Part shown: positions 36,369-45,764 of the stretch, one piece after another
Layout of the letters: every line of letters begins with the position of its first letter
How positions within the stretch are numbered: position 1 is the first letter of the stretch
Assembly: GCA_963665345.2 (NCBI GenBank)
Contig: OY762281.2
Coordinates: forward strand, 1,382,563-1,446,562
DNA: 64,000 nt
Origin: Opitutales bacterium
GTDB lineage: Bacteria; Verrucomicrobiota; Verrucomicrobiia; Opitutales; CAXXNP01
Direction of reading: 5' to 3'
Notes under the pieces: model-generated
What the model was told of the DNA's origin: nothing
What the model saw: only the letters and a program-made list of their open reading frames with translations
Database searches by the model: none
Translations under genes and position numbers: made by a program

Positions 36369-36489
36369 AACGGCTAGGGGGGACGCTGGGCTGCTTGCGA
36401 AGCGCCGGGGTTACCAATACGGTTGTCTCCTCTTTGTTCGCCTTTTCAATATCAATCTGCTGGCGGATCGGATAAAGAGGTCGGAAAGC

Positions 36490-37197
36490 ATGACCAGGAT
36501 CGGAATCATAGGAACGGGTGGCGTGGCAAAGTCGCATGGGCGGGCCATCAACAGTCTCAAAGAACGCGCGCAACTTGCGGCTATCGCCGAGATCGACGAG
36601 GAGAGGCGTAATCAGTACCTGGAGATGTATCCAGCGCAGCCATTCGCTTCAGCTGAGGAGATGTTGGCAGATTGCGATCTCGATTGCGTGGCCTTCTGTC
36701 TGCCCCATCACCTTCACGCTCACTATGCGATTGCCGCAACTCGAGCCGGTAGGCATGTCCTGGTGGAGAAGCCGATGGCGATTACGGTTGCGGAATGTGA
36801 TCAGATCGTCGATGCCGTCGACGCTTCCGGAGTCAAACTGACAGTCGGCCATAGCCATCGCTATCAGGACGGAATCTGGGCGGGGAAAAAGGTGCTCGAG
36901 TCCGGTGAAGTAGGGAAACTGCTATTTGCCGGGCAGTGCTTCCACTCCAAGGAGGAGATGGATGCAGACGATTTTGGCGTCACCTTGATGCGCCACGCCA
37001 ACAATGTACAAAGCGTGACCCTGATAAACGGGTACCGCACGGGGGCTCCCAGGTACCATTTGGAGATGACCTGTTCCGCAGGCATGATCCGGTGCGAAAG
37101 GAAGGCGCTTTGGGTTGGTAAGAACAATACCTGGGAGGAGCGGACGTTCGAGGCAGGAAACGATAAGGTCAGAGAAAGCACGAAAATAGACCTTTGA
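36490..37197 (+). CDS. Gfo/Idh/MocA family oxidoreductase (short, probably C-terminally aberrant)
   Basis: Shows MTRIGIIGTGGVAKSH and VLVEKPMA. At only about 235 aa it is shorter than typical family members. Confidence 0.65.
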   Translation: MTRIGIIGTGGVAKSHGRAINSLKERAQLAAIAEIDEERRNQYLEMYPAQPFASAEEMLADCDLDCVAFCLPHHLHAHYAIAATRAGRHVLVEKPMAITVAECDQIVDAVDASGVKLTVGHSHRYQDGIWAGKKVLESGEVGKLLFAGQCFHSKEEMDADDFGVTLMRHANNVQSVTLINGYRTGAPRYHLEMTCSAGMIRCERKALWVGKNNTWEERTFEAGNDKVRESTKIDL

Positions 37198-37221
37198 CTC
37201 GGATCCATTCAGCTTGGGCGT

Positions 37222-37536
37222 TTGGGGTCTTGGTTTCTCCTGCAGACTGTCTACGGAGGCGGGGCCAGCCCCGGCGATTTTGCCATCCTCCGACTCAACC
37301 ACGACCTCGATCAGGACCCCGAAGCTGACGCTACGCCAGGATACACGGTCGGTTTCAATGACATAGGTGATGGATTCCCAGAGTTGTCGATTACCGTGAT
37401 GCCTGAACCTGAGCTGGCTGACTTATTGATGGCCATGAGTGGCCTCGGTATCTGTCTCGCGCCAGCTCGCAGTCGAGCCCCGAAAAAAGGTCATTTTCGC
37501 GGTCGAACCGCCCGACGGAGTTCGTTTATGCTTTGA
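37222..37536 (+). pseudogene. possible C-terminal remnant of a second PEP-CTERM protein
   Basis: ..ITVMPEPELADLLMAMSGLGICLAPARSR resembles PEP + TM + Arg-rich. There is no credible N-terminus. Confidence 0.3.
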
Positions 37537-37568
37537 GTTCGAAAGAAATACTTGTGACGAAATAGGAG

Positions 37569-38348
37569 ATGAAAATTAGCGAAGAGCAACGCAGGCAATT
37601 CGATGAAGAGGGGTATTTCATTCTGAAACGGGCGCTGCCGAATGAAATGCTGCAGATGCTGAGAGAAGAATGCAGCTATTTCCTGGGCCGGATGGACCAG
37701 GAAATGGAGGACCTGGGCGAGGAGAGGCGCGGGCTCACCCACAAGCGAAAGCGTTATTTCATTTCTCGACTCTATCGCAAGAGCACGCGCCTTTGGCGGT
37801 TTATCTATTCCGACCTGATGGCCGAGATCTGCCGGGCTACGCTCGGAAATGAATCCTACCTCTTCAACGAGCAGTGGGTGGTCAAGGGCGCAGAGGTTGG
37901 GATGAAGTTTGCATGGCACCAGGATTCGGGGTATGTCAAATTTCGGGATCCCGACACGACGCACAAACCCTATCTGTCTTGCTGGACCCCCCTCGACGAT
38001 GTAGACGAGACCAATGGTACTGTCTACCTGCTACCGCACTCCCGGGCGGGGACGAGGAACCGCATCTGTGACCACACCCGTGAGGAGAGGACCAATGACC
38101 TGATCGGCTATACGGGCGACGAGCCCGGGGTCCCGGTGATCGCTCCGGCGGGTTCCGTCGCCTGCTTTTCCAGCACCTCACTGCACCGTAGCGGCGCCAA
38201 CACCACCGAGGCTATGCGCCGCGTCTACCTGACTCAGTACTCGGCTGAACCGGTTTTGCGCAGTGACGGTACCCTATGGAGTAGTGCTGTGCCGTTCCTG
38301 AGAGCAAGAGAGATCATATACGATCCTGAGACGGATGGTCTGGAGTAG
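37569..38348 (+). CDS. phytanoyl-CoA dioxygenase (PhyH) family protein
   Basis: ISEEQRRQFDEEGYFILKRAL start, with WHQDSGY, a TNGTVYLLPHS facial-triad region and SLHRSGAN. Confidence 0.85.
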   Translation: MKISEEQRRQFDEEGYFILKRALPNEMLQMLREECSYFLGRMDQEMEDLGEERRGLTHKRKRYFISRLYRKSTRLWRFIYSDLMAEICRATLGNESYLFNEQWVVKGAEVGMKFAWHQDSGYVKFRDPDTTHKPYLSCWTPLDDVDETNGTVYLLPHSRAGTRNRICDHTREERTNDLIGYTGDEPGVPVIAPAGSVACFSSTSLHRSGANTTEAMRRVYLTQYSAEPVLRSDGTLWSSAVPFLRAREIIYDPETDGLE

Positions 38349-38621
38349 ACTCTTTTCACCGAAATTAGGAGATCTGGGAATTCAGGAGGAAACGAACCAA
38401 GTCGCGGTTATAGCCCAATATCGGGGCTCGACCGATAGCGTTTTCTATCTCGGCTCTCGAGTGGTTAATTTCATGGCGCAATGATCGAAGTTGAGGCTTG
38501 GCGCGCCAGCAGCAGATGTGCTCAAGAGAAGGTTCGGCGATGCGGGTTCTGACAATGAGTATTATTTGACCGACAAAAAATAGGTTGACTTGGATCCATG
38601 CAGTGGACATAGTTATGTTTA

Positions 38622-39599
38622 ATGGGATTACGAAGAGTGAAAGTTAATGGTGAGATGGAAGCTGTGTACCACTGTGTCTCGCGAATCGTGGGAGGAGAGC
38701 GTTTAATACGGGTTCGAGGGAAGGAGATTCTTCGCAGGCAGATCTGGAAAGTCTCGAATTTCTGTGGGGTGGAGGTGTTGACCTTTTGCATCATGAGCAA
38801 TCACTTCCACCTGCTGGTGCGGATCCTGGAGAAACAGGAAGTGTCTGACCAGGAATTACTTCGGCGATTCTTTATATTGTATGGTGAAGAGAAAATCTCG
38901 ATTAGATCATTGGCTGACATGCTACAAAAGAATGGCAGAGAGGCGAAGGCGTGGAGAAAGCTGATGTTGCGGCGGATGGGCGATGTATCGATATTCATGA
39001 AGATGCTCAAGCAGCGCTTTTCGATCTGGTATAACCGCAGCCATGAGCGGTTCGGTACGCTGTGGGCGGAACGGTTCAAGAGCGTGCTTGTGGAGGATGT
39101 CAATTTTGCCCTGGAGATCGTGGGGGCCTATATCGACCTGAATCCGGTTCGCGCGGGATTGTGCCGGGATCCGAAGGACTACCGCTTCTGCGGGTATGGG
39201 GAAGCGGTAGGAGGATCCGAGCGCGCGCGTTCGGGTCTTTGCTCACTCATGCGAACCAAACGGGCGTGGGCAATGGTGGCGCGGGAATACCGAGTAGGGC
39301 TCTTTGGCAAGGGTGCGATGCCCAAAGCAGGAGGAGAGCCATATATTGATCATCAAAAGGTAAGTGAAGTCATGAAACGGGGCGGCCGGCTTTCGCGAGC
39401 CGAGCTGCTGCGCTGCCGGGTGAGGTATTTCAGCGATGGGGTGGTGCTGGGGAGCGAGGAATTCGTGCAGAATCAGTTCGAACGGATTCGCGACCAGCTC
39501 GGTCCCAGGCGAAAGTCCGGTCCGCGTCCAATGCGAGGAGGCGACTGGGGAGGATTGACGGTGTTGCGCGCCTTACAGAAAGGCGTGATCTCATCTTAA
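38622..39599 (+). CDS. RAYT-like HUH/Y1 (IS200-like) transposase family protein, copy 1
   Basis: AVYHCVSRIVGG; HUH motif SNHFHLLV; FGTLWAERFKS; YIDLNPVRAGL (compare DYIYINPVKHG around the catalytic Tyr of E. coli TnpA-REP). Confidence 0.8.
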   Translation: MGLRRVKVNGEMEAVYHCVSRIVGGERLIRVRGKEILRRQIWKVSNFCGVEVLTFCIMSNHFHLLVRILEKQEVSDQELLRRFFILYGEEKISIRSLADMLQKNGREAKAWRKLMLRRMGDVSIFMKMLKQRFSIWYNRSHERFGTLWAERFKSVLVEDVNFALEIVGAYIDLNPVRAGLCRDPKDYRFCGYGEAVGGSERARSGLCSLMRTKRAWAMVAREYRVGLFGKGAMPKAGGEPYIDHQKVSEVMKRGGRLSRAELLRCRVRYFSDGVVLGSEEFVQNQFERIRDQLGPRRKSGPRPMRGGDWGGLTVLRALQKGVISS

Positions 39600-39681
39600 T
39601 TAAAGGCAGAATTCGCGGATCCCCCGCATGCCCTTCTTGACTCAATGTGCGGCACATGGCGCGTGACGGCCCCCATGACAA

Positions 39682-40392
39682 TCACCCGCCCCCTGCCGAG
39701 ATTATCTTTTCGGCACGCGCGACCAGCAAACCGGCTTCTTTTTCGATTCGAATAGCAAAGTCCGCGCGGTCGATTTCAAGAGCCAGCTCGCGATCCTCGG
39801 CCCGGAAATGTAGTTGCTCGGGGTCGCCAAACTTTTGTGACTCCTGTCCGGTTAAGACAAGCGAGCGAACGGCTGCCCTGTCCGGCTGTCTTCGCTGCAA
39901 CAGATTTCTCAGATACAGCGCGCACTGCTCGTCTTCATCGGTACGCTCATAACCAGCCCATCCCATTGCCACTAGGGTAACCATTTCAGGATTAGCATTT
40001 AAAATCGCCTGAGCCGTCGCCCAAGCATTAATCAGTGCGCCTCCATAGATAACATCCGACTTGGTTGCGGCGCTCACACCCACCGTGCCCGCACGCGTTG
40101 AGTGAATCAACGTCTTCCCTTCCAGATCAGCCTCGCGCATTTCCTGTGGCGAATTATTGAAGTCAAATCCTTCGGGACGCCTGCCATCCACCTCGCCCAC
40201 ACAGAAATCACCAACGCCCCGATTGCGCAACTGCAACGCCTTCTCGACTTCGGCTACCAAGACTATCTTCTTCACCCCTCTTTGGAACGCAATCGTCTCC
40301 GTCGTAAACGCCCGATACACGTCAATAATGACGGCAGTACCTTCTGCCTGATGTGCTCCACCTAACAAACTTGCGATCCGAACCTTCATCAA
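39682..40392 (-). CDS. 2-phosphosulfolactate phosphatase (ComB) family protein
   Basis: AVIIDVYRAFTTETIAFQRGVKKIVLV and the overall 236-aa length fit the ComB family. Confidence 0.75.
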   Translation of the reverse strand: MMKVRIASLLGGAHQAEGTAVIIDVYRAFTTETIAFQRGVKKIVLVAEVEKALQLRNRGVGDFCVGEVDGRRPEGFDFNNSPQEMREADLEGKTLIHSTRAGTVGVSAATKSDVIYGGALINAWATAQAILNANPEMVTLVAMGWAGYERTDEDEQCALYLRNLLQRRQPDRAAVRSLVLTGQESQKFGDPEQLHFRAEDRELALEIDRADFAIRIEKEAGLLVARAEKIISAGGG

Positions 40393-40506
40393 TCAGCCAC
40401 TAAGAAGCATAGCATCGGAGGGACAGCCATGAGAAGAAGCAAACTGGCAATTTTCCACGCTTCGGGTAACTGCTCCGTGCTGGTCGAGTTTGAGGCCTGG
40501 GGAACA

Positions 40507-40900
40507 CTACTCATCCCATATTCCTTCCATCACGATTTCCAGAATGTTGTCCTCGGTATCCCGAAAATAGAACGATTCTAATCCGCCTTTCCAGGTCTGT
40601 TCATGGATGATTTCTACCCCTTGGCGCTGCAGATTTTCTTTCGAACGGTCGTATTCCTCGTGCCCTACCTCAAAGGCTATGTGTTGGTTTCCGCTTCCGT
40701 AGTGGGGAGGAAGATTCTCGTCCTTCCGGGTAGCTTTTGGATTGAAACAGAGCAGAACTGAGGTTCTCGCCCGGAAAAAGACATGCCTTCCCTCCTCCTG
40801 ACCGATTAGGGGAAGTCCCAATATCTCATGGTAAAATCTCCGCGTTTGATCCAGGTCGGTCTACGTACAGTGCAGTTTCTTTGATCTGTTTGATTCTCAT
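40507..40900 (-). pseudogene. VOC/glyoxalase-family protein with a +1 frameshift
   Basis: MRIKQIKETALYVD (from 40900) continues as DLDQTRRFYHEILGLPLIGQEEGRHVFF.. only after skipping one extra C near 40858. This could also be a sequencing error. Confidence 0.6.
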
Positions 40901-40951
40901 ATTCACTTTAGAAACGTGCTTCGGGAAGGTGTCGACTTTGCCTCACAGATT

Positions 40952-41115
40952 GTGGCTTCCTGTTTCGACCTGAATCCGGTGCGCACGGGGTTGTGCCAGG
41001 ATCCGGAGGATTACCGTTACTGCGGGTATGGAGAGGCGATCGCCAGCCGATGCAAGAAGGCGATTAGGGCGGTTTGACAGTTCTACCCAGCTTAAAGAAG
41101 GGGGTGATCTCCTGA
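40952..41115 (+). pseudogene. internally deleted fragment of a third RAYT-like copy
   Basis: Reads ..FDLNPVRTGLCQDPEDYRYCGYGEAI.., then jumps to the last roughly 13 codons (LTVLPSLKKGVIS*). The shared 3' flank AAAGGCAGAAGGCAGAATTCG follows. The Tyr of YIDLNP is lost (ASCFDLNP). Confidence 0.6.
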
Positions 41116-41184
41116 TAAAGGCAGAAGGCAGAATTCGAGGGTGCCCCGCTTGCAATGGGTAGCGCGAAAGCGTGGGATGAACCC

Positions 41185-42033
41185 TCACGGACTTACCCTC
41201 TTGATAATCATCGAACTGATGCGGTCGTTCCAGTTTTCCCCTTGCTGGCTTCGGACGTGATAGAGATTTTCTTCGCTGGAACGGAGTTCGAGGACGGCTC
41301 CGCGAAACTGCTCATGCTCGTATAGCAGGACGACAAAGTCACCCCGGATTCTCACGGATGAGATCTGGTCGTTCATGTCCGGGATATCAGCCATATTGTG
41401 GACCTTATATGCTTCGTGGAATGCCTTGGCCGCGCCTTCGTAATTGGCGTGCTGGAAGAGCCAGACGCCGGATTTGCGATGCGGGAGCCTTGCATATTCC
41501 GGGACCCGGGGACGTGAGGACTGGAGAATTACCTTGAGCGACGAGGCCTGATTATCCCAGTTCCCAGCCCGGGATGAAGGGACCTCCCCGCCGCCGACGC
41601 GATAGCGTCCACTTCCGTTCGAATTGGAGGGCGAGATCCATTCATCGCGATCCCGGCTGTTTCGGGAGGACGCAGAAATCCGGGAAAACCAGTCGGTTCC
41701 CGACTTCTCCAGAAGGACCGCCTGAAGGTCCCGGATATCGTGCCGGATGCGGATGGAACGGCCGTGGAACTCCTCATTCTCATACAATATCAACTCGACG
41801 TTGCCCTCGATCCGGACCGACGAAATGCGGTCCTGAAAATCAAACACTCGACTACGATAAGGCACACGAGTGAGCAACGCAAAGTGCAGCTCGGGCTCGA
41901 TTTCGAGGGCCTTCCCCCGAAAATTAGGCTCGGTGTAAAGAACGACGCGATCGGCCCGGAGCTCCGGTGTTGCGGAAAGCAGGCATGCCAGCGCGGACAG
42001 GCTAAAGAAACCTCGGGAAAATAGAACGGACAT
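41185..42033 (-). CDS. secreted protein with two beta/gamma-crystallin-type double Greek-key domains
   Basis: Signal peptide present. Repeated [VL]xL[YF]xxxx[FY]xGxxxx..(D/N)xISS[VM]xI motifs occur four times, with a Ser/Arg/Gly-rich linker. Confidence 0.65.
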   Translation of the reverse strand: MSVLFSRGFFSLSALACLLSATPELRADRVVLYTEPNFRGKALEIEPELHFALLTRVPYRSRVFDFQDRISSVRIEGNVELILYENEEFHGRSIRIRHDIRDLQAVLLEKSGTDWFSRISASSRNSRDRDEWISPSNSNGSGRYRVGGGEVPSSRAGNWDNQASSLKVILQSSRPRVPEYARLPHRKSGVWLFQHANYEGAAKAFHEAYKVHNMADIPDMNDQISSVRIRGDFVVLLYEHEQFRGAVLELRSSEENLYHVRSQQGENWNDRISSMIIKRVSP

Positions 42034-42209
42034 GGCTATTTGCGAAGAATATGGGTCATGCGCACGAGCGAGGATGCTCGGATTTGCGCAAAACTACTGA
42101 CCCAGCGTTGTCAGAATTGATCCCAAAGCCAAATGAAGAATGCACAGAAATTTTTATCTGGTAGAAAATAGCTTGACCTAAGAACGAGTAGAAGATTGAG
42201 TAACCAGAT

Positions 42210-43187
42210 ATGGGTTTACGAAGATTGAAAGTTAGGGTTGAAATGGCGGCTGTCTACCATTGCATATCGCGTATCGTTGGGGGAGAACGCATGATAGGGA
42301 GCCGAGGGAAGGAGATCTTTCGACGGCAGATGTGGAAAGTCTCGGATTTCTGCGGGGTTGAGGTGTTGACCTACTGCATCATGAGTAATCATTTCCACCT
42401 CCTGGTGAGAGTTCCGGAGAAGCAGGAAATACCTGACCATGAATTACTTCGGCGATACTTTGTATTGTACGGGCAGGAGAAAAGCCCAATCGATTCACTG
42501 GTTGAGATGTTGAAGAGGAATGGCGGAGAGGCGAAGGCTTGGCGGCAGCTGATGCTTGGGCGCATGGGTGATGTATCGATGTTCATTAAGATGCTCAAGC
42601 AACGGTATTCGATCTGGTATAACCATAGCACCGAGCGGTTTGGCACACTGTGGGCGGAGCGGTTCAAGAGCGTGCTGGTGGAGGATAGCCACTTCACGTT
42701 GCAGATCGTGGGGGCCTATATCGACCTGAATCCCGTTCGTGCGGGGTTATGCCAGGATCCGAAGGATTACCGCTACTGCGGGTATGGGGAAGCGATGGGC
42801 GGATCGGAGCGGGCGCGGTCGGGTATTTGCACGCTCCTGCGCGCAAAAAAAGCGTGGACGACAGCGGCGCGCGAATACCGCGTAGGGATCTTTGGCAGGG
42901 GCGCGATGCCCAAAGCGGGCGGCAAGGTGTTTATCGACCATGAAAGGGTAAAGGGGGTCATGAAACGGCGTGGGCAGCTTTCCCGAGCGGAGCATTTGCG
43001 CTGCCGGGTGCGTTATTTCAGCGACGGGGTCGTGTTGGGGAGCGAGGAATTCGTGCAGCATCAGTTCGAACGGTTTCGCGACCATCTCGGTCCCAGGCGA
43101 AAGTCCGGTCCGCGTCCGATGCAAGGGGGCGATTGGGGAGGATTGACTGTCTTGCGCGGCTTGCAGAAGGACGTAATCTGCCGATAA
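42210..43187 (+). CDS. RAYT-like HUH/Y1 (IS200-like) transposase family protein, copy 2
   Basis: Same 325-aa length and same motifs (SNHFHLLV, YIDLNPVRAGL). About four-fifths of residues are identical to copy 1 by eye. Confidence 0.8.
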   Translation: MGLRRLKVRVEMAAVYHCISRIVGGERMIGSRGKEIFRRQMWKVSDFCGVEVLTYCIMSNHFHLLVRVPEKQEIPDHELLRRYFVLYGQEKSPIDSLVEMLKRNGGEAKAWRQLMLGRMGDVSMFIKMLKQRYSIWYNHSTERFGTLWAERFKSVLVEDSHFTLQIVGAYIDLNPVRAGLCQDPKDYRYCGYGEAMGGSERARSGICTLLRAKKAWTTAAREYRVGIFGRGAMPKAGGKVFIDHERVKGVMKRRGQLSRAEHLRCRVRYFSDGVVLGSEEFVQHQFERFRDHLGPRRKSGPRPMQGGDWGGLTVLRGLQKDVICR

Positions 43188-43360
43188 AGGCAGAAGGCAG
43201 AAGTGCTGCGCGCGTAGCTCAGGGCAAAGCCGGAAATCGGCGGCCAGCCGGTCGAAATTCGGCATGGGTCTCGGGTATGGTCACGAGCTGGTAGTAATCG
43301 AACATTTCTTTGTGTTCGACAGATGGGCAGCGGAGCAGGATGAGTCCCCGGCCAGCAAGC

Positions 43361-44734
43361 TCAGGCTGGATGGCTCAATTCTTCTGAACCATCTCGTTCC
43401 CGATTCTTCAGCTCGCGACCCGCCAGGGCGATGCCCTCGACTTCGTCGACCCGATAGAGGATGGCCGCGCCGATCGCAAAGAAGAGCAGAACGGTCAGCA
43501 GCCCGGCACGTTGGGAGGCAAAGGTTTGGGTCATAAATCCGAAGAGAAGGGGGCCCAAGAAAGCGGTCGCCTTGCCGGAGAAGGCGAAGAAACCAAAGAA
43601 TTCATTCTCCTTGTCGGGCGGTACGAATCGGCCGAGGAGCGAGCGACTTGCCGATTGGTTGGGACCGACGAAGATGCCGATCAGAATGCCCGACAACCAG
43701 AAGACGGTTTTGTTGGGTGCAATCACTCCGATGGTCGTCGCCACCGAAAGCCCCGCGAGGGTCAACAGAAGCGTCTTCCTTCCGCCGATGCGGTCGTCGA
43801 GAAATCCGAGAGCGTAGGCGCCGAGGCAGGAGGTGACGTTCAGGGCGATTCCAAAGATGATGATCTCGGGAATGGAGAATCCGAAGGTGCCTGCTGCATA
43901 AATGCCCCCAAAGGCAAAAATCGTTACCAGTCCGTCGTTGTAAAACAGCCTCGCCGCTAGCAGTCGCACTATCTGCCGGTAACGCCGGATCTCGTGAAAG
44001 GTGCGCCAGAGCTGCGCCTTGGTTTCCCGCATCAGGTTAGCATCGGAAGGGGCCGTGGCAGGTCGGTCCTCGCGCACGAACAGGAAGAGGGGAAGGGCAA
44101 AGAGGGCGAACCAACCGGCTACGAGAAGATTGGTCGCCCGGACGTGGGCGCCTGTTTCCTTCGTCAGCCCGAACCAAGGTGATTGGGGAAATACGAAGCC
44201 AGTGAATGCCACCACCATGCAACTGAGACCGCCGATGTAGCCCAAGGCATAGGCGAAGCCGGAAACTCGCCCGATTCGGTCGGGGGGAGCAATTTCGGGG
44301 AGAAACGCGTTGTAAAATACAATGCCCATTTCGAAGGCGATGTTGGCGGTAACGAACCAGACGAGTGCCTGGACCGCTTCATCAGGCAGGCCGGTCGCTG
44401 CGAGGGTGGCCGCCGGCAGGGGAAAATAGAGCATCGCGGTCGCTCCCACGCAAACCGCGGTCGACCCGGCCAGCATCAGTTTCCGAAAGCCGCCACGGTC
44501 GGCCAGAGCGCCCAGAACGGGCGAGAGCAGCGCGACGACGATCGCCGTAAAAGCGATTCCGTGCGACCAAAGCGCGGTACCGGTAACGTTGCCTTCGCTG
44601 GGCGGCGCGATATATTCCGTGAAGTAGACGGAGTAGATGAAGGTAACAACGAGGGTGGCGAAGGCGGAGTTGCCGAAATCGAAAAAGGCCCACGAGAGGA
44701 TGGTCCGACGGGCGTGCGGTGCCGTATTCATCAT
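43361..44734 (-). CDS. MFS transporter, UMF1 (Atg22-like) family
   Basis: ILSWAFFDFGNSAFATLVVTFIYSVYF is the signature start of UMF1-family MFS proteins. 12 TM segments. Confidence 0.82.
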   Translation of the reverse strand: MMNTAPHARRTILSWAFFDFGNSAFATLVVTFIYSVYFTEYIAPPSEGNVTGTALWSHGIAFTAIVVALLSPVLGALADRGGFRKLMLAGSTAVCVGATAMLYFPLPAATLAATGLPDEAVQALVWFVTANIAFEMGIVFYNAFLPEIAPPDRIGRVSGFAYALGYIGGLSCMVVAFTGFVFPQSPWFGLTKETGAHVRATNLLVAGWFALFALPLFLFVREDRPATAPSDANLMRETKAQLWRTFHEIRRYRQIVRLLAARLFYNDGLVTIFAFGGIYAAGTFGFSIPEIIIFGIALNVTSCLGAYALGFLDDRIGGRKTLLLTLAGLSVATTIGVIAPNKTVFWLSGILIGIFVGPNQSASRSLLGRFVPPDKENEFFGFFAFSGKATAFLGPLLFGFMTQTFASQRAGLLTVLLFFAIGAAILYRVDEVEGIALAGRELKNRERDGSEELSHPA

Positions 44735-45027
44735 CCGTCGGCAATGCGGAAAAGATGTTGTGAAACCGGTCGCCCAGGCGCCTTTTCACACCGCTCTTGC
44801 CTGTTCGAGTATCCGTGTTGCTCTCTTTGGTCTGGATCCCCACCAGGCTCAGATCGATCCCAATCCCGCGTTTGTATTTTCGAATCGATTTTCACGCCAC
44901 CTACCTTACGATACTAAGGAGTCGGGGGCAACCACGCGAACCGTGCGGAATTAGAAATCACTTGTCTGCTTCGGAATAGGCAATTCTGTCAATTTGATCT
45001 CCTTGCAATTATGGAATTCAGGAAAAA

Positions 45028-45744
45028 ATGAAAAAGTTAGTATTTGTTTGCTCACTAACCATTATTTCAACGGTTTCATTTGCTACAGAGCTATTTCAAA
45101 CGGTTACGGATTTTCAGCGTTTCTATACTTATTACTATTTGAATCCTCAACGCGAAAAAGTGATTCCTTCGATTGATTATTATGTGGAGTCCAAGCTCTA
45201 TGAAAGGATTAAATCACGTACTCCAATCGCACATTTTTATGCAAGCATCTTAAGATTCGATAACGAGCACCTGTTGGATCTAATTGAATGGCAGAGCCAG
45301 GCCGGTACTATGAATTCAAGAGGTTTTACTATCGAGATTCTGGTAATTGTTAACACCGATGTCAGCACGGGGCTCGTTCAAAAATACAGGAAGTCTTGGT
45401 CAGATGAAGCAGTCCAGGAGAGAATTGCTGTGATTGAGAATGCCTCGCGTGACGATATTATGGCGAGAGCGCCGAAATCAATGGAGGATTTGGATAATAT
45501 CTGGAGCATTTTTTTCGCCACCGGAAGCGAAGAAGCGGTAGAGAAAGTAGCCTCCATTCTGTACTTGAGGAAGAGGGGAAAAGGAGCGGATATAATGCTT
45601 GGTGAGGGCGCCTATTGGTCGCTTCTGAGTAATGCGAAGCAGCACGGGAAGGTGCTCAAGATTCTAAAGTCCGAGGTCAAGAGAGCAAAGGGGGTAGGGA
45701 AGAGAGAATTGGAAGAGGTCATTCGTAGCGCCAGCCGGAATTAG
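45028..45744 (+). CDS. secreted hypothetical protein in a conspicuously AT-rich segment
   Basis: Signal peptide MKKLVFVCSLTIISTVSFA. Codon usage and GC are visibly lower than in the neighbours. No family recognised. Confidence 0.6.
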   Translation: MKKLVFVCSLTIISTVSFATELFQTVTDFQRFYTYYYLNPQREKVIPSIDYYVESKLYERIKSRTPIAHFYASILRFDNEHLLDLIEWQSQAGTMNSRGFTIEILVIVNTDVSTGLVQKYRKSWSDEAVQERIAVIENASRDDIMARAPKSMEDLDNIWSIFFATGSEEAVEKVASILYLRKRGKGADIMLGEGAYWSLLSNAKQHGKVLKILKSEVKRAKGVGKRELEEVIRSASRN

Positions 45745-45764
45745 CCGTATATCGGATAGCCGTA

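Noticed and set aside
38622-43187. Composite transposon formed by the two RAYT-like copies
   Set aside because: The copies differ at roughly one residue in five and also in their DNA flanks. HUH/Y1 enzymes do not mobilise composite structures via terminal IRs. The enclosed genes (ComB-like, a broken VOC gene, the crystallin gene) show no cargo logic.
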